This document shows, one piece after another, positions 1-12,800 of a stretch of DNA of 43,654 nt. The position numbers were made by a program, and so were the translations under genes. The stretch lies in assembly GCA_021432655.1 (NCBI GenBank), contig MU271291.1:62001-105654 (forward strand), written 5' to 3'. The stretch comes from Atractiella rhizophila (Eukaryota). Within the stretch, counting starts at the first letter, position 1, and each line of letters begins with the position of its first letter. The notes under the pieces were generated by a model that had not been told where the DNA came from, searched no databases, and was given only the letters and a program-made list of their open reading frames with translations.

Positions 1-3000
1 GTGCGCGATGGAGTAAAAATGGCAGACCTTGTTGGCGCTGGCATCCTTAAACAGAATGACACCTCGTTTTTCCAACTCCAACCTTGCAGCCTGGGTGATA
101 AAAAGATTGGCTCCTTCGACAATGAACCTGATCTCTCTCTATCAGCACTGGAGTCGAGGCACGCAGAGAATAGAGACGCACTTGAACTTGAGCTGTCCTT
201 CAGCATCCCACAGCTGATTGACATTCGTGATGGACACAGCTTCCGGCCTATCATGCCAACCTCATTTGGCTGCTTCAGTGGGACGAAACAACTCACCTGC
301 CACCACAAGGCACAAACATATCAGCCTTATATCTGAAGTGGGCAAGGTTTCTGAAAACAGTTCCGTCCGGAACGAGCTCTCCAGCTGCATGCGCTCCTCA
401 GTCTGGTCACTAGCATGAACGGAAAAACAGCGTACAAGGAAGGGTGACATCAACGTCATCAACAAGAACAAGGTAGCCCCCTGGTCCAAGTTTGGACTTG
501 TCAAAATTCTGGACCATTTGGCGAGCTTTTGCAAGACGCTCAAGTTCCGCTGAGCCCTCCATTTAGTTGAGATACTAGCACGAAAGAAGCACCCTACCGC
601 GATTGAGACCATTAGGATCATGGGCAACACCAGAACCGTCAATTATAGCAATTGTCTTGTCCTTGCTCAGGAGAATCTCGTCTGTCCATCACACGGTCAG
701 CAAAAGCACCACGACAAGCAGCACCACATACTCGAACCGAGATCTCCGTCTGGCCCACTTCACAACAACTCAGTTTATCTTCAACGTATGGAGGATCTCA
801 CATACCCGGTCTGAACCTTTGTAATGTCTTCTTCCTTCAGGCCCATTTCTCTGTAAATTCCGGTTGTGTACTGTCTGATGGAAAGGGATGTACATCCGAA
901 GAGATCGTGTGGCTATCCCACACATTCAGACTCGATTGTTCCGATATCAAGACCACATCTACTCACCACACCACCAAGAGTCTCTGCCGTCTTTCCGGTT
1001 GCTGCAAACGGAAATTAGCGCACTGAGCTAGTGCAGGAAGGATGACATACTGAAAGACTTCCACCAGCTCGCACCACGATCTCTTGCGTGAGTAGCAGCC
1101 CAATCCATAAAATCAGCCGTTCCTTCATCAGGTCCGAAGAAAAGCTGTCATCGCAGGATTAGCAGTGGTAAATAGTCGGGAATAAAAGATAGAAGTACAA
1201 TTTCCTCCTTGTTGTACAGATCGACAATGGCTTCCTTGATACCCGGAGAGTTGCCCTTCAGGAGGAGATCCAGAATTGAGTCGACATATTTCTCAAAGCA
1301 CAATCTCGGAGTAGCATCAAGATCAGGGAGGATTGTGCCCTTGCTGCCACCTTCTGGGATATCCTTATTCTTCAACGCTTGAGTGGAGGCCAAAGAGTAG
1401 TTCTCGTCGAACAAATTCCTTTGATTGATGGAATACGTCTCCGTGTTCCTACTCCTCACGATCCTGATCCCACCTCTCGCCACGTCCTTGAACCTCAAAT
1501 GGAAGCCTCTAAAGTCCGATCCAACCACAAAGAAGAGACCAAACGGAGTGATGGGGTACTCCTCAGTGGGAAGGAAGGAACAGTCAAGTCTGAACGAGAG
1601 TGCGACTTTGGTGGGCGTGTAGAAGTTAGTTTTGAGAACTGCAGAGTTGAAGACGAGGAAGGACTGGAGGACCGCAATGTGGTGCTTATTCGTCGTGAGC
1701 CTTTGAATGCGGGTCGACAGTTCCTCCGCCGTCAAATAATCGACCGTCTTCAGTCGCTGGTATGACAAGGTAGGGCTATGGAAGATTGGTCAAGCTTGAT
1801 CCAGTCTCAGAAACGCATGAAACGTACATGAGCTGAGGAGAAGCGGAGGCAGTATGATGAGTGACTGCAAAGTTAACATAAAGCAGTCTGATCATGTCTG
1901 GATAAGTATGCAAGACCTATTCGTATCCAAGGATCAGCGCCATTCCATTTTCTCCATCAGGAATGGCCTACCTCCAAGATACTCTGTCTCGTGTAAGTCT
2001 CTTCCCTGAACCTATTCCTAATCGCACTCAGAACCTGAGCCTGCTCTGGGACGTCCTCCCTCAGCCACTCCTTGAGAGCTAGGTACGAGCTTCCCAACCG
2101 ATTGAGGAAATGTTGAGCGAATATCCAAGCCACGTATCCATATGCAGCCTCATTGACCGCGAGACCTGTTGCAGGGGTGAAGAGTGGATTTCTGGGGAGG
2201 CAGTAGATCAATGATGCCTCTCGCATGATTTGATGGATCGTGCTCTCCAACGGAGGACCGCGGAGGGGCATGAGGTAGATGGAGATGATGGTGATTCCGT
2301 TGGCGAATTGTTCAACGTATTTGCGCGTCGAGTAGGCGCCGTAGAAGTGCTTCAAGGAACAAATCGTAAGAACACTCTACTAAGGAGTGATGGAGCGAGT
2401 GGCAAAGAAAACTCACGTAGAGATCCGAAAGACCAGAGAAGAACCACTTGGTGCTTCCTTGCTTGTAAGCAATGACCAGCCTCCTCTCGCCGGTCCTCTC
2501 TACCTCATAGAAATCAGTGACCGGACCAGTTCGATCCATAGCCTTCTCCATGATTCCTTGATAGATTTCTATCGTTTTCTGGCTCGCTTTTTCAAGGAAG
2601 TTCCTATCAGCGACTTTTTTGATGTCCCTCTCATTAGCTCCGCCTGGGTTGTCAACCCATTCAGTGCGAGAGAGGAAGTAGCATCGGAGGTTTTGAGCGA
2701 GGGAAGAGGAGACGTTGCCGAGAGAGCGGTAAGACTCGAGCCTCCAACTTATCTAAAATATGACAGAAAGATAAATGGGAGGGGAAGGGAAGGAGGAATG
2801 GGACGAACCGTAGCGTTGGAATTGTCAAGGTACTTTTGGTCCATCATCCGCTCATATCGCGGTCCTTCCACATCTGAAATACCGGGTGTAGATGTGTGGA
2901 TAAAGAAGGAGCTAGTCTCTGACTCTTTCTGGAGGTCCAACTGAAGCTCATCCTGGTGCTTTGCGAAGGCAATAACTAGGTTTACGCTAGTTAGTCTAAT

Positions 3001-3446
3001 AGGATCGATATGCACAAAGGACAAGTACACACCTTTTGCTCCCCAGAGAGAAGTGACATGTTGAGCGATGGTCTCCACACTCTCCATCTTAAAATAGGTG
3101 TCTCCAATGCCCAAGTTGTTGTAGAACCAAGCCACTTCATTATGGACGAGTTGTGTGGGGATGAATCCTTGATTCTGCACGAGGTCTTCAACCTGTCCAT
3201 CATTGATAGAAAGTCGGAATTTAATACTAGCAGACTAGCAGAACAAAGAATGAGACTAACCTGGGCAGCTTGGGCTTTTTTGCCCGCAAAGGAAATGTTG
3301 TCCTTATATCCGTCTGAGGGATAAGGAACGTGCCCTTCGCTGGACGGAGAGGGAGTGCCTGGAATCGAGAGATGTTGCGCGGGATTAGGAGAATAGGCAC
3401 GTCCGGTTGGAGAGGCGAGCCTAGAGACGAGTGGATTGGTGGTCAT
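1..3446 (-). CDS. GDH2: NAD-specific glutamate dehydrogenase (large fungal type), multi-exon, 3' end runs off the left edge
   Basis: Spliced exons carry diagnostic motifs: GFHLRFKDVARGGIRIVRS, LFDENYSLASTQALKNKDIPEGGSKG, IAIIDGSG, MFVPCGG-RPEAV, IVEGANLFITQAAR, LFKDASANK. The ATG at 3446 follows a possible acceptor (ttgtag), so an upstream exon cannot be excluded. Confidence 0.95.
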
Positions 3447-4282
3447 CTACAAATCAGCTTATCAGCAACTTTCGTGCGAGCTTTGCTTGCAAAGAAAGGA
3501 CCATATAAAATAGGGAGAGAAAAAATTCGCTCCTCATAAATAGGGGAATCAAACTGATACGCTCTTCTAGCAGTGATACGAGAAATCAATCTAGTTCTAC
3601 TTCGTCGTTTTTGAGATCCAGGCTACGGGATTCCCTGGTTTTTTCTGGAGATGAGAGATGAGAGATCCGCTCACTGTTTGGGATTATTTAGTGTCAAATA
3701 TTGCTATGGTATGCAACTGAGGATGCTGGTTTGGGTCGATGCTTTAAGATGAGGGCGAAAGTGCAAGTCGACGGAGTGCGGGTTGGAAGGACCCTCCGGG
3801 AACCGCGATGGTATTGACGACGATCGGCTGCGCTGAGGGTCCAAGGGGCTAGGTAAAGGTGGATTGAGGTGTTAAGGGAGGCACTAGACGATACTTTTGG
3901 TGCTTTCTGGGCTGAAAACGTGTGGCGCAAGGTCAAGAGGTGCGTATTTTATAGGCACTGCTTTCTCGGACAATTGAGGGGGAAGGGTCGAGCACCTGAC
4001 GCGTTTCCTGCGTGATCTAAGGTCACATTCTCCCAACCTGCAGAATATTCTTACAAAATTGCGCGTTGGGGAACCCTTTTTGGCTTACTTTGGACGGCAA
4101 GATGAAGCGGGGAAGAGATGAAAAGGAACGGAATGCCGGAGTGGCTTTGTTCTTCTTTCTCTTCTTCTCTCCCACGTTTTCTTGTAGCCTCTGCCTTTTA
4201 AGTGTTCTGCATTATATCACAAGTGCTCAGACTCCCCTCATCACTGCTCTGACCTTTCGTCTATCTCACATCACCAAAGGGC

Positions 4283-5122
4283 ATGATTACGTACATGCCT
4301 CCAACTCGAAGACGACCACCAGGACCAACGCGTCAACGATCTCCAAAGAAACCACCCGATCCAGCAGCACGCTTGCTAGCCAAACACTCCTCCAATGTTG
4401 AAGCAAAAGCGCGAAAGGCAGAGCTGATGGCCTTCGAGGCAGCGAAGCTGGAGCGAGCGAAGGAGGCGGAGCAATTACAGCTTGAGAGGGCACAGGAGAA
4501 GGCGAGGAGGAAGAGGCGGAAAAAGCGGGAGGTCAAGAAGCTGGAAGAGCGGGCTAAGGATGAGATGGACGCGGGTTCGTGCGGAGAGGTACTCCATGAG
4601 GGGTGGAATATAGATATGGAGTGGGAGGAGCCGAAGATCAAAAGAGCGACGACAGTCCTCCTCTCAGACCCTGAGTCAGAGGGGGAGGAAATTGACGAGC
4701 TCAAACCTACACCTGCTCCCCTCACCCTCTTTCGTAACACCGCAACGCTCTCTCCTCCTCACGTCCCAACACCAGATCCAGCTCCTCCTTTCCCTCCACA
4801 GGAAGACGATGTGGACATGACAATTCCGACAGAACCATCGCAGAGACTTGTCGACTGTCCTCCTGTGAGAAGAGCCTTCGTCCTCCCGCCGAATTATCGC
4901 CCACGTCTCCACGCACCATTCTCCGAATCAGAGGAGGAATCAGATCTGACCACTTCGGAGGAGGATGAAGACGAGGTGGTTGAAGAACAAATTAAGTTGA
5001 AGAAGGCACCTGCGAAGAAGGCGACAGCGAAGAAGGGTGTTCAGGCCAAGAAGGGAATGGGTAAGAAGAAGAAGCCACCACAGACGATGGCCAAGGCGAG
5101 GAAGAAGGCTGGGACGAAATAA
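4283..5122 (+). CDS. Hypothetical charged/low-complexity protein (coiled-coil N-half, acidic tract, Lys-rich C-terminus)
   Basis: Uninterrupted 279-codon ORF with coding-like composition; no recognised domain; the start may be the second Met (4295). Confidence 0.6.
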   Translation: MITYMPPTRRRPPGPTRQRSPKKPPDPAARLLAKHSSNVEAKARKAELMAFEAAKLERAKEAEQLQLERAQEKARRKRRKKREVKKLEERAKDEMDAGSCGEVLHEGWNIDMEWEEPKIKRATTVLLSDPESEGEEIDELKPTPAPLTLFRNTATLSPPHVPTPDPAPPFPPQEDDVDMTIPTEPSQRLVDCPPVRRAFVLPPNYRPRLHAPFSESEEESDLTTSEEDEDEVVEEQIKLKKAPAKKATAKKGVQAKKGMGKKKKPPQTMAKARKKAGTK

Positions 5123-5375
5123 CATTCATAAGGCATATTGGAAGTGCATTAGGTGACCAAGTTTGGAGTATCTCATACAATGCTCGTTATTTATCGGTTC
5201 ATATTTGTCTTATAATCCGTGGGTCACTCCACAGAGTGTATGTGCCAGTGCATCATTCATCTGTGCAATCTCAAGTCTGTTATGGGTTAACATATTTGGC
5301 ATACTAATCTGACTGATGATCTGAGTACTTTTGATCGACACGGAGCAATAAACAGTGACGGATTACTTAAATGGT

Positions 5376-8202
5376 TTACCACTCCACCCATTTGCCTTGG
5401 GCGACCTTACCCTCCTCTTGCTCAATAATGATCCTAGGACAGTCAGGCGTGACAAGCTTGTCGCCAAATTGCTCTGTATCACCAGCCAACAACGATTAGC
5501 ATACACTCCCATTGAACAGAGAGAAGACATACCGAGCCACTTGATAACCACACCATTGGTCCATCCAAAACCGCTCTGGACGGTGTACTCTCCTCCCACT
5601 CCAGCTTGATCCAAGGTACTGGCGGCAAACTTCTCGAACATGTTTCCGAAGAAGTTCTGGCTGAAAGTTTGGGCCAACTCCTCCTGAGACAAGCGGTTCA
5701 AGACGCCAGGGATCGATCCACCCGAGGCATACCTAAACATTGCCTATCAGTAACCGCCTAGCTAGCAGGATTGTAGAGCAAGGCCTACCAAGAACAGAAA
5801 GCAGAGCCGATGTAGCGCTGGGCCATGCTCAGGAGCAGACCATCTTTCCAGCTAACGGTCTCGTTAAGAACAGCAACGTTCCCAGACTGTCCCCACGGCC
5901 TGACTTCTGCGAAACTGCTATCAGTCCCATCGATCGGTGCAGGAGGAAGATCGGCTTCGTCGACTCCGAATACGTTGGAGGGGAGAACGGAAAAGTCGTT
6001 GACATCGGCAGACCAGGATTCAAACGAGGATTCGGAGAGATTCTTAGGAATGTTCGCCACTGCTTGCGCGTAGATGTAAGCGTGCTATAATTCAGGTCAT
6101 GCGGAGCGTCAGCTTGAAGCTCGTCGAAACAACGATTAGAAGAGACTCACAGGAGGCCAGTCCTGGAAATCCCACTGCAGTCCTGTATCGAGGAGAGTGG
6201 TAGGCAGCGATCCGTTATACCTAGAAAGGAGGTAACCGAATCCCTTAAAGGCCGTCGATGTTTTTTCAGGACTGTCCAAAAGATCACGAGGCCAAATACC
6301 GCTCCAGTAGGGGTAGAAGCTTGCAGTCGTCCTGCACAATTACGAATGAGTGCTCTACTCCGTCGTGAGGCGAGAGGATCAGCTCACCAGTACTTGCCAT
6401 GATCGCCGGCTGTAGTATTGAAGTCATAAAATGTAAGTCTATCCGGATCCCAGAAAAGGTCCAGAATGGCATGCTTGAGTGAGTTAGCCTTCGTCTGCCA
6501 AGCAAGGCTCTTCTTCTCGTTATAGGTCTCTCCTTTGATCTTGTACATCGTCGCAAGTAGCTCGTAGTTCCTGAACAAGATGGAGTTGAGGTCGACGGGC
6601 AAGGTCTCGTAAATATTGAGTTCTCGAAGAGAAGGGAAGTTATTCGTCTTATTCGCTAACGGCGTTTTGGACCACCTTCCCCAATGGATTAGAAAGAGAG
6701 GATAAGGTGCAAGAGACACTTACTTGGCGCCTGAATAGTCCATCCCAGATTCAGCTCCACTGGCAAGCTCGATGTAGAGACGGTCCTGTGCTTCCTCCGA
6801 CAGGTCAAACGTAGGGTTCTTCACATCGTCTCCCCAGATTGTGAGCCAATCAGGAAGGTATCCTTCAGGTCTCGGAGCTGTTATCCATGAATTAGTGAAC
6901 TCGAATGGGGTGAGAAGGCTGTAAGGACGAACCAGTGCTGGCGACCTTGTAGTGGGAGATATTGTGCACTTGCCCGGACTTAGGGTTGGTGTAGGTGATT
7001 GTCCTATTGTTCTGGAAGAACGCCATCTCCTTCTCTAGGATCGGAAGGGCTCTCTTCAAGATGTCAACGTCGTTCGTGTGCTGAATGTAGTTGTAGACCA
7101 TCTGGGTCATCAGAGGAGGTTGAGAACGGTTCAAGTAGTAGATTCGCATTCCGTTGGGCAGGAATCCGACTTGGTCCATCACGTCTCTGTTAAACGAGTG
7201 AGAACGATCTCAAATCGACGTGAAAAGACAAACAAGAAGTTCTCAATCATGTTTTTGGACATGCTGTAAATCTCAGAAGTCAACAATCCCTCTAAAATCC
7301 ACCTCGAATCCCTACATTCCTCTGTCAGTCGGCTGCGAACCAGGTTTAAGTGTGCTAAAACGAACCAGTAATAAGCCTCTCTGAAACGTCCACCAGCAAT
7401 GATGAAGCTCCGGTTGAGAGGAATGCTCGTCGTCTCGAAACCTCCATTGGTATTTTGAATGTTCTCCCGCGCCAGATCCCTCCAGATTCCATGGACGATC
7501 TGACCCCAGCCGCGAAGGAACTTGTCCTTGACGTGGATGAGGAAGGATGGGTTAGGGTTGAAATCAGGAATGGTCGTGCTTTGAAGGTCCAGACCTGCCC
7601 AACAGCGAACACTCAGCAGATGTGGGGAATAGTAAACATGGGAGAGTTGACATACCTTCACCCTGGAAGTTGTCGTCGATGAATTGCTCAAGCTGAGCAT
7701 ACGTGATGCTGATATTCAACGTTCCGTCACTTCCAACGCCAGAGTCCTCTCCGACAAGAGCTTTCCAGTTGTTCAGGACCTGCTGTGAGCTTCCCTTCGT
7801 TGGCTATTCCACCCGAGGACAAACTTCAACATTCCCATTGCATTAAAGTGAGGAGCAGAAGCGCACCTTATCCACGAATGTCTTTGAGTCCACCAACACT
7901 TGCGCGAGCTGAACAGCATGGAGAATTGGCGACCCAGGGCAGAATATCTCGCTCTTGCAGGTCGGTTGCTTCTTCGGGATTGGCTTTCGAGGATATGGAA
8001 TAATCGCGCTTGCAGAGGCCGTCGTCGAAGGGAGAGCGATAGACGGGGAGTAGGACGCAGCGGGTGCTAGAGAGGAGAGGACACCAGAAGGATTGGCGGT
8101 CGCTGAAGGCGCGAAGTCCTTTTGCACGCCAAGCACGTCGAATGGAGGGAGAGCGCTGGCTAGCGACCCAACGACTAGGGAAAGAAGCAGGATACGTCCC
8201 AT
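5376..8202 (-). CDS. Trehalase, glycoside hydrolase family 37, with N-terminal signal peptide, multi-exon
   Basis: GH37 motifs DSKTFVD, GGRFREAYYW(DS), GFLPNGMRIYYLNRSQPP, ELASGAESGWDYS, PVDLNSIL, GLQWDF, MFEKF, GGEYTVQSGFGWTNGV. Hydrophobic start MGRILLLSLVVGSLASA. The last exon reads EQFGDKLVTPDCP...WVEW* with stop at 5376-5378. Confidence 0.93.
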
Positions 8203-9686
8203 TCTGTCGAAAGTCTTGACTGTCGCGTGTTCCAGCAGAAACCCAACGACAAGAGCAGGACGAAGGCAAGGAAAGGGCCATCACCGACGCTCAAGCCTTT
8301 TATTAGATGTGGGTCGGAAGCAGAAGCAGGCGGATCTTCATCATGAATAATTTCTACCCCGCACATGTCATTTCTTGCGTGCAAGCCATGCGGGAACAAG
8401 CATCTTTCGGTGAATGCGCGCTTGTTTCCTGGGTTTCCTGACGTTCGACCGACCGCAGAGTGAATCACGGCGTGCTCTAGATCATGCTGCTGAGCGCTGC
8501 TGGATGAGTTGGGATCGAGATGTGAAAGTGTGACGTCTCAGCTCAAGGCGAGGCTACTCTTTTTTTGTCCCGAAACAACACCGCGAGAAGGTGCGAGGAG
8601 TTCAACGCGCACGGCCACAATCATGATGGATCGATTTGGAGGATATTCCCCGACAGCTTGCATTATGGAGAGCAGGTTGTTGCAGAGGCTGGGTGCAGGA
8701 AAGCCACTGTCCCCCGCGCGAGTTGGCGGATGGTGGCGAAACGCGGTCTGCCCTCTTCCTTTATTCAGCCATACTTGTAGAAAGCCACATGGGGTGTTAG
8801 CTCGTTGCTTAATTTCCCGCTGCGGTTTTCTGAAGAGCAGATATGCTCTTCGAAATCAAATGCTTGCGCAAGAGCAACAAGCTCAGCACAACAGACTATT
8901 CTCAAACAGCAGCAGATTCCAGGTGAACAGAGCTGGCCATACCCAGCTGTTTTCTGAACTGAAGGTTCTCATTCATTACAGGATTTTTTATTCCAGGTTC
9001 TGCAATGTCAAAGGAAGGGCGTTAATTTGACAAGGCTAACTTTAAGACACAATACTGGTAGATGTCGTTTTTCAGGGGGAAATGTTTCGATTCTCCGTCA
9101 TTCTTCCTATTCGAGCCGCCAGCTACTACAGCTGACTGGTGATATCTATAAGCATGTTGATTGCTCATACAGAAACCGCCATTTCTCGGTGCAGTAATGC
9201 AGTCTAGATATTGTCTTGGATATTGAAGCCTGCGAAAAGCAAGATCCCAACCAAATCACAGCGTATTAATCCACGCTCCGTTCTTTTTGGCAGTCAGGGA
9301 ATCATTGACGGCTGATTATCGCACGGAAGACTGCGTTGATGATGGAAGGAGTCGTCTTCCTCCCCTCGTTTTCTTCGGCCTAAGCATTTCTAGCACAGTC
9401 CGTTTTGCCACTCCCGTAGTTGTAGCTGGACCTCTGCTCACTTTGTTCCTCAAATGCTCAAAAAGTGGGTCTCGGAGAATTGAATCACTTGCCTTGACAG
9501 GCGGAATCAGTGCAGTCGTCTGTTCGCGCGTCGGCAGACGGGATCTCCTCTCCGATTGAGGAAATCGTTCTTCTCAGAGGCGATTGATGTATTGTTAACG
9601 CTGCCGACGTGCGAACGTTGAACGCTATAAAAGCACCATGCGCGCCACACAAAGATCGTCTCCTCGTGCTATATACTACATCAGTT

Positions 9687-10829
9687 ATGACTCGCAAGCT
9701 AGATCAGGACGCTATCCTTCCTCCCAGGGCGAAGAAGCCAAAGCCAAATCGTTTCTCTGTTCTCGTGTTCTTGAGGGATGGTCTACCGCTATCCACTTGG
9801 ATCGGCATTGGCGGATTGCTCCAAGTCGCTCTTACACTTCTTTCCAGATACATTCCCTTCATCTCCATCTTCGGAATCGCTATCCCAACTCTCGTCTTAG
9901 CCTCTCTAGTCCCATGTTACATCCTTTTCAAGCCCCTCGCGGTTGTTATTCTCGTCAGCTACGGTTGGATGGAAAACAAATATATGAGGTGCGCTGTCTT
10001 TCCTCCGCGTGCTTTCATTCTGATTTTACCACGTGTAGGCGAGTGGTGGCAGACCCCGCTGTTGCCGTCGTGCCTGGCTCGGAGTGGAGAGAAGATGGAG
10101 CTAGAGTGCCTCCAGAATACTGTGTGATCCTCTTAGGAGCTCGTTCCAATGGTCCGATGGGCAGTTTCGATCGTCGATTCAAACTCATTGGCGAACAATT
10201 CAGAGCGGTACGCTTATTTTTACAGGTCTGAGATGCAATTCGCCTGATGTTCTTCAGATGATTGAGGAGTTGGACAACGACCCTAGCCTTGGATGCTGGA
10301 AGTACGTCTTATCCTTGACTTCCTTGCCGCTGCTAAAGCGCAGTGCAAATGACAGTCACGAATCTTGGCTTTCATTGGAGCGCAACACGAGCAACACGAT
10401 CATGACAATGTTCTACTTTGAAAGTCCTGAGAAGGTCTATGCCTTCATAAAGGGGTGCATATCCAACTCCTTTGCTACTGAAAACTTTCTGACTTATGTC
10501 GTATAGAAAAATACACACTCTAGCCGAGAAGGTATACTACGAGAATGCAGAACAGAATCGCGAGATTGAGATCTGGCATGAGATGTTTACGGTGCGTAGC
10601 TTTGGCGCGCACAGGCTCTTTCCTGATAAGTCTACTACAGATAAAAGAGAAAGGTTCAGAAGCGATATACGTCAATGCTGCGCCAAAAGGTCTAGGGAAT
10701 ATTTGGACGCCTCTGCCGCCTTCGGATGATTCGAAGGACGAGTTGTACGGTCACTCTCTGCACGCTCCAACTGGTCGTTTGAGGAGGATGAGGAACAGCA
10801 GAGGAAGAATGGGACAAGAGGAAGTCTGA
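9687..10829 (+). CDS. DUF4188 / Af470-like monooxygenase family protein, multi-exon
   Basis: N-terminal membrane segment (RDGLPLSTWIGIGGLLQ), then VILLGARSNGPMG, MIEELD, IMTMFYFESPE, IEIWHEMF, EAIYVNAAPKGLG, ending SRGRMG. This order is typical of fungal DUF4188 proteins. Confidence 0.8.
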
Positions 10830-10959
10830 AGGCTCCGAGTTGAGATTCCGATTCAGGGAATGTATGTAACAATGGATACCCCAAGGACGCTTCCGTTTGT
10901 GCCGCCTTGCTGTGAGAAAGCTGAACATGAGTTACACAAGAACGATAGGATGTAATGAC

Positions 10960-11870
10960 GCGTGAACCTTCTATCAGATATCGCTTCGCCCTTCAGTATC
11001 GATGCATATCGATGGACTAGACTCGCTATTCTCGCTTTTTCTTCTAGCACTTCCAATTCCGCAACTTCCCCCTTCATCTTCAAATACCCGAGCCCTGTCT
11101 TCTCATATCCAGAAAGCCACTTTTCCTGCTTAGCTAAGCTCTCCTCCAAAGCATCAAGCGATTGCGTGAGCATCGTAGGAAGTTTGTTCATGATCCCGTA
11201 CTGTGCTCTCTCGGCATCAGAAATCGCCGCTGTCCAATCCATTCAAGAGCAAACTTTTGCTTTAGGTCTTTCGATCGAAAAATGATGATGCAATCCAACG
11301 CTTGATTGGATAGCAGGCTGCGATGCATTCTCTCAAGAAATAGAGAGCATCAATAAATTGAATATGCTCTGCAGGCTGGAGAAGATGCCGAAAAGAGTCT
11401 GTCCACATTCCGCGTGGAATTGGTAACTTGAATTCCTGATCCAGTAGACTGAAGATCTCTTGAAGATAGGAGAGGACTTTAGGACGACATGCAGACGGAT
11501 TATGGGAGTAAACTCGATCTCGAATCCCAAGTGGAAGGTCATCTCGTTCTCTTTCGCGGCAGCCAGAACACTCTCAAGTACCCTTCTGTTACACCATTCA
11601 AAACGCCATCTATCTCCTTTAAATACATCGCACCACACCCAAGCTTCCATCAGCTTTCCCTCTGCATTCCTGGTCTATAGTACCATTCTGAGGGACTCAA
11701 AGTCTGGATAGAGGTAACCGGTACCGGTGATTGGGAAGTCTCGAAACAGGGATCAGATTTGCTCGCACACTGGACGTAGGGCGATGGCGGCAACTTTGAA
11801 CTCTTCCCCGATGGAACGAGGGAAAGAGCCTGCTGAAGGAGGATAGACAGTTACGATCTTCCCTTCCGTG
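10960..11870 (-). pseudogene. Decayed glutamine synthetase-like (FluG C-terminal type) gene
   Basis: GS-type motifs YLYPDFESLR, C-x-R-x-x-L...FHLGFEIEF, GLHHHFSI and C-terminal LPTMLTQSLDALEES. In-frame stops at 11753-11755 (TGA) and 11675-11677 (TAG). The segment normally between GxHxHxS and the C-terminal helix appears to be missing. Boundaries approximate. Confidence 0.72.
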
Positions 11871-12800
11871 AAGCAGGCGTTTTATACTCTCCACTCTATA
11901 CGCGAGCAACTGATGCGAATGCTTCGGAGGAACACTACGAAGAGAAAGGCGAAGAGGTTCCAGGAACGAGCAGGGACCATAAAGTCCAAGGCTCAGTTGG
12001 CTGCCGCAACACCTGGTATGAATGGAGGGACGAGCACTGTTGAGCGTGATAGGACGGTTCTGATGGAGTACTTGTCTCCACCGTTGTACTCTCCTCTTTA
12101 TCCCATGCGCTAAGCCTCCGCACACAGTCAACATGGTAAAGCAGACGTTCAAAATGGAAGCTCATTTAAGGATGGTCAGGACAGTGGATTGAAGGCAGAC
12201 AAGGTCAGATCGAAATGACATCCGCAAACAGGTTCTCCCAAAGTCAATTATTCGGGGGAGTTCGCATGAAGGTATGTGTAGACAGTAAATCGTCATTGGT
12301 CAATGTTCAAACCGATTCAAACTCACGAGCACAGCTACGCTAGCTGAACAAGTTACGAAACTCCCTCTTGATATCCACAACATCAGCCCGCCGTGCCAAT
12401 ATGCGCACCTTCAACACTGAATTCATAAAGAATAAACCGAAGGCCTGAAGCTTTGCTCAACCTTTGAAAACCTCCAGGAATGGCAAGCCAAGTCCGATCA
12501 AACCTACTTCGAAATCCCACCACCACCATTCCTCGGCCCTTCTCCATCCAGCCTCCATCTGAGCGCTTCAGCCTGTAGTACCAAGACGACGTAACGAACC
12601 AGTGCCGGCAGCCCAAGTACCATTAATTGTGAATACCATCTTCCCGCGGCGTCGAACAGCACGCTCGTTACGAACTTCTTTTCTCAACACTTTTTGCTCG
12701 CATCACTCTTTTCTTGATTTTTTGCCTATTTGCGTTGCGTTTGTGTGCAGTCATTGTGAGGAGGTGAAATTTTGGTGGATTTGGGTTATTCTATCTCAAA

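Noticed and set aside
8509..9560. 173-aa ORF and other short ORFs between trehalase and the DUF4188 gene
   Set aside because: No recognisable motifs or consistent splice structure; treated as divergent promoter/intergenic DNA.
1..12200. GDH2, trehalase, monooxygenase and GS-like relic as a metabolic gene cluster
   Set aside because: No shared pathway logic, backbone enzyme or shared regulatory motif is visible; proximity alone is insufficient.
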